Source: Octopus sinensis (Eukaryota). From it: 64,000 nt of DNA. Location of the stretch: contig NC_043004.1 of the NCBI RefSeq assembly GCF_006345805.1, positions 4,278,001-4,342,000 on the forward strand, written 5' to 3'. The notes under the pieces were generated by a model that saw only the letters and a list, made by a program, of their open reading frames with translations, made no database searches and was not told the origin of the DNA. This document shows positions 1 through 10,373 of the stretch, piece after piece (the stretch's first letter is position 1; every line of letters starts with the position of its first letter). A program made the translations under genes and the position numbers.

Positions 1-284
1 CTGGAGTCGATGTAATCGACTTAAATCTGTTTGTTTGTCCCCTCTGTGTTTAGCCCCTTGTGGTAGTAAAGAAATAGGTATTTCGTCTGCCGCTACGTTC
101 TGAGTTCAAATTCCGCCGAGGTCGACTTTGCCTTTCATCCTTTCGGGGTCGATAAATTGAGTACCAGTTGCACACTGGGGTTGATATAATCGACTTGATC
201 TGTTTGTCTGTCCTTGATTGTCCTCTCTGTGTTTAGCCCCTTGTGGGTAGTAAAGAAATAGGTATTACAGTTCTATATTTAAAA
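1..284 (+). repeat. Tandem fragments of a tRNA-derived SINE family (core GAGTTCAAATTCCGCCGAGGTCGACTTTGCCTTTCATCCTTTCGGGG)
   Basis: B-box-like GAGTTCAAATTCC at about 102-114. The segment TGTTTAGCCCCTTGTGG..TAGTAAAGAAATAGGTATT occurs twice. The same core recurs near 56.9 kb (+) and near 15.1-15.2 kb and 37.4 kb (-). Confidence 0.7.
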
Positions 285-298
285 GATGAGGAATTATG

Positions 299-763
299 TA
301 CATTATTTACATTTGACGAATATTTGTCCTCGTCTTGTTTGTTGTTAGCACAACGTTTCGGCTGATATACCCTCCAGCCTTCATCAGGTGTCTTGGGGAA
401 ATTTCGAACCTGGATTCTCATTCCTAAGGTATTTTTCGATGTTGTTGTTATTATTATCATCATCATCATCATCATCATCATCATTATTATTATTATTATC
501 ATTATTCAGGTCACTGCCTGGAATCGAACTGGGAATCTTGGAGTTAAGAGCGCGGACAACTAACCTCAAGATTCCGAGTTCGATTCCAGGCAGTGACCTG
601 AATAATAATAATAATTACAACATTGAAAAATGCCTTAGGAATGAAAACCCAAGTTCGAAATTTCCCCAAGACATCTGATGAAGGCTGAAGGGTATATCAT
701 GCCGAACACTGTACTAACAACAAACAAAATGAGGACAAATATCCGTCAAATGTAAATAATGTG
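299..763. mobile_element. Foldback (head-to-head) pair of a composite element: tRNA-like head, (AAT/ATC)n, and Penelope-like tail with hammerhead motif
   Basis: 299-548 is the approximate reverse complement of 561-763. B-box GAGTTCGATTCC at 576-587 is mirrored at 520-531. Each arm carries CTGATGA...GAA(A). Confidence 0.75.
347..392 (-). ncRNA. Minimal (dimerising) type I hammerhead ribozyme motif of Penelope-like element type
   Basis: Minus strand reads GACAC-CUGAUGA-A-GGCUG-gagggUAUAU-CAGCC-GAAA-CG-UU|GUGCU. The catalytic core is intact, stem II is GGCUG/CAGCC, stem III is the palindromic ACGU, and stem I is GACAC/GUGCU with one mismatch. Confidence 0.65.
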
Positions 764-1598
764 CTTAGCAGTATTTCTGAAAGCTACAAGGGAACAAAAT
801 CGGTGGGACACACATGAGTAGGTATGCCTGTTTTGTTTATTTCCTTTGGGGTGGGAATCGATAAAGTAAATACCAGAAATATTCCTAGAGTTGTATCTGT
901 AGGTTGTACCTATTCCTTCTCTAAAATGTGTGGCTTTTGCAAATTGAAAACTCGATCGATATTTAAGGAAACACTCAGGAACTTTTGCGAAGAAAAATAA
1001 ACAATGGTTACCAAGACAAGTCGAGACATGTTTCCGACTTCCATATTACAGTTCTAATCCTCTTAAATTAGTGACTAGATAAGACTAGTGTGACCAAAAG
1101 ATTTAACAGCATTAGGAACATAGACATTGAAATGACTTTATGGTGGCAATTCATGATAAGCAATTGAAAACTTTGAATTTTCATTTTATTTGACAATGCA
1201 GTAGCTTGCTAATCTTTTTTACTCAAATAACAAGGAATCGTAAGATTTATGCTTGGCTTGTATTTTCCAGATGACCGGTGCATTTCCTTATGTATGACAC
1301 GCTGTTCTAGTGTGTCTGGCTTTTCTCACGAAAGGGTATTTTTAAGCAGCGTTGCAATCTATTTAGAGTTAGACTGACACAGTTGTTAGAAGTTGAGCAT
1401 CTCAGCTATGGACAGTATAGTGCTGATGACAGGATCGAACAGTCGGTCTCTCGGCTGGTTCTCCGATATTCTATCGGCCTCCAACTTCTGTGAATACAAT
1501 CCCAAAAGATTATTAGTATTAGTAAGAAAGATATCGAGTCAAGAAAATTAAGTTATTTTCTGCTAAGCTAGTAAGCACTTGTAGCAGACCCTTAGTGA

Positions 1599-1601
<3 letters not shown>

Positions 1602-1686
<85 letters not shown>
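1602..1686. repeat. (CT)n microsatellite
   Basis: Near-perfect CT run read directly from the sequence. Confidence 0.98.
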
Positions 1687-1747
1687 GTTATATATAACAT
1701 AAATACAAACATAGCAGATAACAGCTAACATTCGGCCGCTTGGACCC

Positions 1748-2709
1748 TGTTGGGTCCACTACTTTGATTGCTTGGTATTGGCGCAATTTGTCTCTTGCTC
1801 TATTACGCGCCAATGTGCAACCCAACCAATCGCAGCCTTCTAATAAGATCCGTGACACAGTTTTTCTAAAGCTCTGTTTGAGCCTATAATTTGCTATAAA
1901 ACTTCAGCGATTCACTGTATTTCGTCTTTGGTTCTAGACCTTCTAAAGTCTAACCACTGACCACAGAGCACTCAACCAGTTCCAACGACTACACCAGTAA
2001 CAACTTGGAGGAACATCAGCACTTCGTCTAGCAGGATTCGGGCCCTCCATCAACGTCGCCATCATCTTATCGACGCCAACATCTCTACATACACAGCATC
2101 ATTCGCTCAAGTTTAACTCCTCACTGTTTGTGAATTATTTCACTATGGTTAACAGTAAGCTCAACCTGCGAGAACCTTCAGTACCAAGTAACCCAGCAGC
2201 AGCATGGTAGCCACCACTTCTTCGTGCAACACGTACTGCACAGGCTCTGCTATTTCGCCTCAACTTCTTGTTAAAGCACTTCAACTATTGTGTACCTTAC
2301 TACAAACTGGTATTTATCTTCATTGTGTCTGAACTTCTTCTAGCGTTCTGTTATAGACTCTTTATTTTATCTCACACATACACACTTGTTTGTACACTCA
2401 TACACATTATGTATGCATGACGGCCTGTCTATTGTTATTATTATATATGTACTTATGTCGTACACACAGACACACACTGCTAACACAAATAAAACCTTTC
2501 TCTTAACATTCTATGGTTGTGTTGTCTTTCTTTTCCTTCTGGCACTCATACTCCTCCATTTTTGCTTTTATTGTAAGCGACCATGCAGTGTATTAAAGGA
2601 GTCATTCATTCGTCACCTCTCCTTTCACACGGTTGTTCTACACACTCTTTTTGTATGAATGAGTTAGGTCATGTGTCATTCGTCGATTTTAGTTCGGCGT
2701 GTTCACCAA
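1748..2709 (+). mobile_element. LTR-like element (probable solo LTR), copy 1
   Basis: Starts TGTTG, with CCAAT 1826-1830, TATAAA 1895-1900 and AATAAA 2488-2493. It is colinear with and similar to 12323-13240 (shared blocks such as GTGACAC and TAGACCTTCTAA.GTCTA..CACTGACCACAGAGC). Confidence 0.55.
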
Positions 2710-2959
2710 ATGGTGGATGGGTGTTATGTTATTATGTTGAGTCTTGAGCAAATAAGAAATTATCTTCAGTCATGTTTTATTGATAACACTAAACATAATA
2801 CTTTGCAATATTTTCACTTGTCGAGGATGTATTATTTATAAATCACTTAAAAGTTCTCAGAAAAATTGTTAGTGGTAACAGGAATAATTTTTCAGTGGAG
2901 ATTTTGAGAGATGAAAATTATCTTGTCAAACGCAAAACGGGAAATCCACTTAGCTTGCA

Positions 2960-3340
2960 TCTCTCTCTATATAAACGGCAGTTTGTCTGTGCGTGTTTCT
3001 GTGTGTCTGTTTGCTTGTACCCTCACCCTGACCACGGCTTTCAACCGATTCTGATGAAACTTGACACACACATAGCCCAATGTCATAATTCAAAACTAAC
3101 GCAGCGAAAATTTTGAAAAGTTCCCCCAGTTCTGAAAAAATCGATAAATTCGACATGGGGTCGAGAATCAGAAACACAAACCGCAAACTGTCTAGGGGAC
3201 GCAACTCCACCTTTTTTAACTAAAAAAAAATTTACCATCGTTTTTTTCCATTTTTTTGTTATTTTTTGGCTATAACTCTCTAAAAATGCTTTATAGTTAT
3301 TTCCCTTACAAACCTGAGCAACGCCGGGGGATACTGCTAG
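2960..3340 (+). mobile_element. Non-autonomous Helitron-like element, copy 1
   Basis: A|TC...CTAG|T termini, with a 5' TCTCTCTCTATATAAA end. A GC-rich hairpin CCTGAGCAACGCCGGG lies about 10 nt before the terminal CTAG (3337-3340). Confidence 0.65.
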
Positions 3341-3689
3341 TTTATATATAAAAGTGAAGTTGTGTGTCTGTCTCCTACGATTTAGATTCCTAACTACTCC
3401 CACATTTTGCGGTGCAGTGTAACCAAAAGCGGGTATCTTATAGTCGTGATTCATATCGAGCCCTTCCGGGTATTAGCGCGCGTCTACGATGAGTCTACGA
3501 TTTAAAAAAAAAATTAGCATCATGTTTTTCCATTTTAATGCATTTTTTTCGTTATTATATAAGGGAAGTAACTCTCTAAAAATGTCTACGATGAGTCAAC
3601 GATTTAAAAAAAATTTACGATAATTTTTTTTCCAATTTTAATGAATTTTTTTGCTATTTTTTGGCTATAACTCTCTGAAAATGCTTACA

Positions 3690-4091
3690 TTCTTCTTCTT
3701 CTTGTTTCAGTCATTTGACTGCGGCCATGCTGGAGCACCGCCTTTAGTCGAGCAAATCGACCCCAGGACTTATTCTTTGTAAGCCCAGTACTTATTCTAC
3801 CTGTCTCTTTTGCCGAACCGCTAAGTAACGGGGACGTAACCACACCAGCATCGGTTGTCAAGCAATGCTAGGGGGACAAACACAGACACACAAACACACA
3901 CATATACATATATACACATACATATATACGACAGGCTTCTTTCAATTTCCGTCTACCAAATCCACTCACAAGTCATTGGTCGGCCCGGGGCTATAGTAGA
4001 AGACACTTGCCCAAGATGTCACGCAGTGGGACTGAACCCGGAACCATGTGGTTGGTTAGCAAGCTACTTACCACACAGCCACTCCTGCGCC
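3690..4091 (-). mobile_element. tRNA-derived SINE (dominant family in the window), near full length
   Basis: Minus-strand head GGCGCAGGAGTGGCTGTGTGGTAAGTAGCTTGC...GGTTCAGTCCC has A- and B-box-like motifs, followed by an internal (TA/CA)n and an A-rich tail. There are many homologous copies in the window. Confidence 0.85.
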
Positions 4092-4252
4092 ATTATATAT
4101 ATATTCTCTCCCAATTTCGCAGTGTGTGTATGTGCATAAATAAATGTATTTACGGTAATGTATCCCATTGCTTAGGTTATAATATTTCATTAATATATGT
4201 TTTGATGAACGTCAGATCTGATAATAAGATTGCTTTACACCATTCAAGGCCT

Positions 4253-7200
4253 CAGAGATCAAAGAGGGGTGCCGACAGAGATCAAAGGGGGTGCCGACAG
4301 AGATCAAAGAGGGGTGCCGACAGAGATCAAAGAGGGTGCCGACAGAGATCAAAGAAGGTGTCGACAGAGATCGAAGAGGGTGCCGACAGAGATCAAAGAG
4401 GGTGCCGACAGAGATCAAAGGGGTGCCGACAGAGATCAAAGAGGGGTGCCGACAGATATCAAAGGAGGTCCCGACAGAAATCAAAGAGGGTGCCGACAGA
4501 GATCAAAGGGGGTGTCGACAGAGATCAAAGAGGGGTGCCGACAGAGGTTAAAAAGGGTGCCGACAGAGGTTAAAAAGGGTGCCGACAGAGGTTAAAAAGG
4601 GTGCCGACAGAGATCAAAGTGAGTGCCGACAGAGATCAAAGAGGGGTGCTGACAAGGATCAAAGGGGGTGCCGACAGAGATCAAAGAGGGGTGTCGACAG
4701 TGATCAAAGAGGGGTGCCGACAGAGATAAAAGGGGGTGCCGACAGAGATCAAAGAGGGGTGCCGACAGCAATCAAAGAGGGTGCCGACAGAGATCAGAGG
4801 GGTGCCGACAGAGATCAAAGAGGGGTGCCGACAGGAATCAAAGAGGGTGCCGACAGAGATCAAAGAGGGGTGCCGACAGAGATCAAAGAGGGGTGCCGAC
4901 AGAGATCAAAGAGGGGTGCCGACAGAGATCAAAGAGGGTGCCGACAGAGATCAAAGACGGGTGCCGACAGATATCAAAGGGGGTGTACAGAGATCAAAGT
5001 GGTGCCGACAGAGATGAAAGAGGGGTACCGACAGAGATCAAAGAGGGGTGCCGACGGAGATCAAAGAGGGATGCCGACAGAGATCAAAGAGTGGTGCCGA
5101 CAGAGATCAAAGAGGGATGCACAGAGATCAAAGGGGGTGCCGACAGAGATCAAAGGGGGTGCCGACAGAGATCAAAGGGGTGCCGACAGAGATCAAAGAG
5201 GGGTGCCGACAGAGATCAAAGAGGGGTGCTGAAAGAGATCAAAGAGGGTGCCGAAAGAGATCAAAGAGGGTGCCGACAGAGATAAAAGAGGGTGCCGACA
5301 GAGATCAAAGAGGGGTACCTACAGAGATCAATGGGGGTGCCGACAGAAATCAAAGAGAGGTGCCGACAAAGATCAAAGAGGGGTACCGACAGAGATCAAA
5401 GGGGGTGCCGACAGAGACCAAAGAGAGTGCCGACAGAGATCAAACAGGGGTGCCGACAGAGATCAAAAAGGGTGCCGACAGAGATCAAAGGGGGTGCCGA
5501 CAGAGATCAAAGAGGGGTGCTGACAAAGATCAAAAGGGGTGCCGACAGAGATCAAAGAGGGGTGTCGACAGAGATCAAAGAGGGGTGCCGACAGAGATCA
5601 AAGGGTGTGCCGACAGAGATCAAAGAGGGGTGCCGACAGAGATCAAAGAGGGATGCCGACAGAGATCAAAGAGGGGTGCCGACAGAGATCAAAGAGGGTG
5701 CCGACAGAGATCAAAGAGGGGTGCCGACAGGAATCAAAGAGGGTGCCGACAGAGATCAAAGAGGGGTGCCGACAGAGATCAAAGAGGGGTGCCGACAGAG
5801 ATCAAAGAGGGGTGCCGACAGAGATCAAAGAGGGGTGCCGACAGAGATCAAAGGGGATGCACAGAGATCAAAGGGGTGCTGACAGAGATCAAAGGGGGTG
5901 CCGACAGATATCAAAGAGGGTGCCGACAGAGATCAAAGACGGGTGCCGACAAATATCAAAGGGGGGTGTACATAGATCAAAGGGGTGCCGACAGAGATCA
6001 AAGAGGGGTACCGACAGAGATCAAAGAGGGGTGCCGACAGAGATCAAAGAGGGATGCCGACAGAGATCAAAGAGGGGTGCACAGAGATCAAAGAGGGATG
6101 CACAGAGATCAAAGGTGGTGCCGACAGAGATCAAAGAGGGGTGCCGCCGACAGAGATCAAAGGGGGTGCCGACAGAGATCAAAGAGGGGTGCCGACAGAG
6201 ATCAAAGAGAGGTGCCGACAGAGATCAAAGAGGGTGCCGAAAGAGATCAAAGAGGGGTGCCGACAGAGATAAAAGAGGGTGCCGACAGAGATCAAAGAGG
6301 GGTACCTACAGAGATCAATGGGGTGCCGACAGAAATCAAAGAGAGGTGCCGACAAAGATCAAAGAGGGGTGCCGACAGAGATCAAAGGGGGTGCGGACAG
6401 AGACCAAAGAGAGTGCCGACAGAGATCAAAGAGGGTGCCGACAGAGATCAAAAGGGGTGCCGACAGAGATCAAAGGGGGTGCCGACAGAGATCAAAGAGG
6501 GGTGCTGACAAAGATCAAAAGGGGTGCCGACAGAGATCAAAGAGGGGTGTCGACAGAGATCAAAGAGGGGTGCCGACAGAGATCAAAGGGGTGCCGACAG
6601 AGATCAAAGAGGGATGCCGACAGAGATCAAAGAGGGTGCCGACAGAGATCAAAGAGGGGTACCGACAGAGATCAAAGAGTTGTATCGACAGAGATAAAAG
6701 AGGGTGCCGACAGAGATCAAAGAGGGGTACCGACAGAGATCAAGGGGGTGCCGACAGAAATCAAAGAGTGGTGCCGACAGAGACCAAAGAGGGGTGCCGA
6801 CAGAGATCAAAGGGGGTGTCGACAGAGACCAAAGAGGGTGCTGACAGAGATCCAAGAGGGGTACCGACAGAGATAAAAGAGGGTGCCGACAAAGATCAAA
6901 GAGGGGTACCGACAGAGATCAAAGGGGTGCCGACAGATGTCAAAGAGATAAAAGAGGGTGCCGACAGAGATCAAAGAGGGGTACCGACAGAAATCAAAAA
7001 GGGTGCCGACAGAGATCAAAGAGGGATGCCGACAGAGATCAAAGAGGGTGTCGACAGAGATCAATTGGGGTGCCGACAGAAATCAAAGAGAGGTGCCGAC
7101 AGAGAGCAAAGGGGTGCCGACAGAGATCAAAGGGGGTGCCGACAGAGATCAAAGAGGGGTGCTGATAGAGATCAAAGGGGGTGCCGCCAGAGATCAAAAA

Positions 7201-8830
7201 GGGTGCCGAAAGATATAAACGAGATCAAAGAGGGGTGCCGACAGAGATCAAAGAGGGATGCACAGAGATCAAAGGGAGTGCCGACAGAGATCAAAGGGGG
7301 TGCCGACAGATATCAAAGACGGGTATCTACAGAGATAAAAGAGGGTGCCGACAGAGATCAAAGAGGGGTACCGACAGAGATCAAAAAGGGTGCCGACAGA
7401 GATCAAAGAGGGATGCCGACAGAGATCAAAGAGGGTGCCGACAGAGATCAATTGGGGTGCCGACAGAAATCAAAGAGATGTGCCGACAGAGAGCAAAGGG
7501 GTGCCGACATAGACCAAAGAGGGTGCCGACAGAGATCAAAGAGGGGTGATGATAGAGATCAAAGGGGTGCCGCCAGAGATCAAAAGGGGTGCCGAAAGAT
7601 ATAAAAGAGATCAAAGAGGGGTGCCGACAGAGATCAAAGAGGGGTGCCGATAGAGATCAAAGGGGGTGCCGACAGAGATCAATTGGGGTGCCGACAGAAA
7701 TCAAAGAGAGGTGCCGACAGAGAGCAAAGGGGTGCCGACAGAGATCAAAGGGGATGCCGACAGAGACCAAAGAGGGTGCCGACAGAGATCAAAGAGGGGT
7801 TCCGACAGAGATCAAAGAGGGGTGCCGACAGAGATCAAAGAGGGGTGCCGACAGAGATCAAAGAGGGTGCCGACAGAGATCAAAGAGGGTGCCGACGGAG
7901 ATCAAAGAGGGATGCACAGATATCAAAGGGAGTGCCGACAGAGATCAAAGGGGTGCCGACAGAGATCAAAGAGGGGTGCCGAAAGAGATCAAAGAGGGGT
8001 GCCGATAGAGATCAAAGAAGGGTGCCGACAAGGATCAAAGAGGGTGCCGACAGAGATCAATGGGGTGCCGACAGAGATGAAAGGGGGTGCCAACAGAGAT
8101 CAAAGAGGGGTGCCGACAGAGATCAAAGGTGGTGCCGACAGAGATCAAAGAGGGGTACGACAGAGATCAAAGGGTGTGCCGACAGATACCAAAGAGGGGT
8201 ATAGACAGAGATCAAAAACGGGTACCGACAGAGATCAAAGAGGGATGCCGACAGAGATCAAAGAGGGGTGTCGACAGAGATCAAAGAGGGATGCACAGAG
8301 ATCAAAGGGGGTGCCAACAGAGATCAAAGGGGGTGCCGACAGAGATCAAAGAGGGGTGCCGAAAGAGATCAAAGAGGGTGCCGATAGAGATCAAAGAAGG
8401 GTGCCGACAAGGATCAAAGAGGGTGCCGACAGAGATCAATGGGGTGCCGACAGAGATCAAAGAGGGGTGCCGATAGAGATCAAAGAAGGGTGCCGACAGA
8501 GATCAATGGGGGTTCCGACAGAGATCAAAGAGGGGTGCCGACAGAGATCAAAGAGGTGTGCCGAGAGAGACCAAAGGGTTGCCGAAATAGATCAAAGAGG
8601 GTGCCGAGATCAAAGAGGGTGACAGAGATCAAAGGAGGTACGACAGAGATTAAAGGGGATGCCGACATAGATCAAAGAGGGGTGCCGACATAGATCAAAG
8701 AGGGGTGCCGACAGAGATCAAAGGGGGTGCCGACAGAGATCAAAGAGAGGTGTCGACAGATATCAAAAGGGGTGTCGACAGAGATCAAAGAGTGTGCCGA
8801 AAAAGATCAAAGAGGGTGCCGAAAGAGATC
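4253..8830. repeat. 4.6 kb minisatellite, consensus GACAGAGATCAAAGAGGGGTGCC (21-23 bp units, roughly 200 copies estimated from length)
   Basis: Continuous tandem array read directly. Unit length varies in the G run, and the + strand is strongly purine-rich. Confidence 0.98.
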
Positions 8831-8999
8831 TTCCCTTACAAACCCGAGCAACGCCGGGCGATACTGCTAGTCTACAATAAACAGAAAGTTCTCCCACCCT
8901 GAGTATTGACTCCCAGATTTTTCCCCCTTGGAAATTCTTGAATCTTCTGGCAGCAACTTGAAGTGCGAAAACAAAAAAGTTTCCCTTGGGTTAGCATAC

Positions 9000-9590
9000 C
9001 TACCACCAGCAGACATCGAAGATGGTTGACTAAATATTACCATATATAGTATTGTCACAAGAGTGGTTGTCACGGTGGTAGTCGTGGTAAGTTGATGTTC
9101 ATGCACTAAATGAATTTTAACGTTTTTTGTTTTTTTCTGGCTACTTTTCTGGATCGAATATCACCAAATGTTGCTTGGTGGTGGTTGTTTGTTCACTTCG
9201 TTGGGTGTCACCAGTTGTTACGAGAGTGGTGTTTGGGCGTTTCGTCAAATGGGGCAATGGTAGCTGTTGAGTTGGTGAATGGAAATGTATTTTTCAGATT
9301 ACTTGAAGAAGTAATTAACACTCGCAAACAATTAACAGAAGATTTCATTACTGTATATTGTGTTTTCTGGTTGTTGTTGTTTTTTTTACAAATACTAACA
9401 ATAATTACATACCGAGAGAGACACGCTGCTTGGGATTTACATGTTAACCAATATAGCAATTTGTGGTCGGCCCATCATAACTGGAAAATAATTGTGCTCC
9501 ATTCGAGGAGACGAACATTCCTGTCTACTATCTGCCAGGTGCCTTAATCAGCTGAATGTAGTAATGAGAATGGAGACGTCATGTGGCTAC
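9000..9590 (-). other. Candidate first exon or 5' region of a transcript initiated downstream of the 9612-9646 promoter (long leader with uORFs, or lncRNA)
   Basis: Repeat-free unique sequence directly downstream of the TATA box. Candidate donors are CG|GTATGT at 9411 and AG|GTATGC at 8999 or G|GTAGGT at 9003. There are only short ATG-initiated frames (e.g. MVIFSQPSSMSAGG). No product recognised. Confidence 0.3.
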
Positions 9591-9611
9591 CTCAACATTC
9601 TGCGGTTACCA

Positions 9612-9646
9612 CTTTTATATAGGACACAATGAGAAAGTTCTAGAAA
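9612..9646 (-). promoter_or_regulatory. Heat-shock element plus TATA box
   Basis: AGAAAGTTCTAGAAA (9632-9646) is a perfect three-unit nGAAnnTTCnnGAAn. About 10 bp further along the minus strand is CTATATAAAAG (9622-9612). CACGTG (9696-9701) and TGACG motifs (9666-9670, 9574-9581) are nearby. Confidence 0.6.
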
Positions 9647-9837
9647 ATCAAATCACGCCATGGCTTGACGTTGATTAGTTGCTTAATAGACCGATCACGT
9701 GAAACTACTGAGATTTGATCGTGATGTCTGCTTGGCTACCTAGAGATTCGGTTTTGAATCACTGCTACAATATTGTTCTTTCCACACAACACTACTATAT
9801 ATATATATGGTCTATATTGTCAAATATAGTAATGTTG

Positions 9838-10278
9838 TTCTTTTATTCTTTTACTTGTTGCAGTCATTTGACTGCGGCCACGCTGGATCACCACATTTAG
9901 TTAAACAAATCAACCCCCAGGACTTATTCTTTGTAAGCCTAATACTTATTCTATTGGTTGTTTTTGCCGAACCGCTAAGTTACAGGGACATAAACACTCC
10001 AACATCGGTTGTAAAGCAATGATGGGGGTGCAAACACAGACACACAAACATATATTCACAAAAGACGAAGACAGGTGGTGTAGACAACAAACAGATGTAT
10101 TAGTATAAAGCTCAGGAAGTGAAAGTCTTTAAAGTTTCGAGCCTACGCTCTTCTACAGAAAGGAACACAAATAAACAAAGAGAGAAAATAAAGGATATGT
10201 ATAGTGGCTAGTGATCTATCATGGCGAATGTATATACATACATATATATATATGTGTGTGTGTAGATATATATATATG

Positions 10279-10373
<95 letters not shown>

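Larger units (their letters stand above)
3341..8870 (+). mobile_element. Second Helitron-like element whose body (3341-3687) and 3' end (8831-8870) are separated by about 5.1 kb of SINE, unique DNA and minisatellite
   Basis: Copy 1 reads ...GGCTATAACTCTCTAAAAATGCTT-tatagttat-TTCCCTTACAAACC.GAGCAACGCCGGG..ATACTGCTAG. Here the first half ends at about 3687 and the second half resumes at 8831, directly after the last satellite unit. Confidence 0.55.

Noticed and set aside
233-678. ORFs with poly-M/I, poly-D/N and poly-S/L tracts
   Set aside because: These are translations of the ATC/ATT microsatellite inside the foldback element.
4253-8830. CRISPR-like array
   Set aside because: The units are directly tandem with no unique spacers, the context is eukaryotic, and there are no cas genes.
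4007-8902. Dozens of long overlapping ORFs (up to 486 aa) with PTEIKEG/CRQRSKR/ADRDQRG repeats
   Set aside because: They are a by-product of a stop-free 21-23 bp unit. Unit-length changes shift frame constantly, many begin at GTG, and there is no codon-preserving pattern.
8867-9106. 79-aa ORF resembling a signal-peptide protein (MHEHQLTTTT...)
   Set aside because: The annotated start is GTG. There is no in-frame ATG before the hydrophobic stretch, and an in-frame TGA lies at 9163-9161.
9110-9547. 145-aa + strand ORF
   Set aside because: No recognisable domain, splice context or + strand promoter. The promoter motifs face the opposite way.
9000-9646. An HSP70/HSP90/small HSP gene behind the heat-shock element
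   Set aside because: No frame downstream of the TATA box encodes any heat-shock protein motif I recognise.
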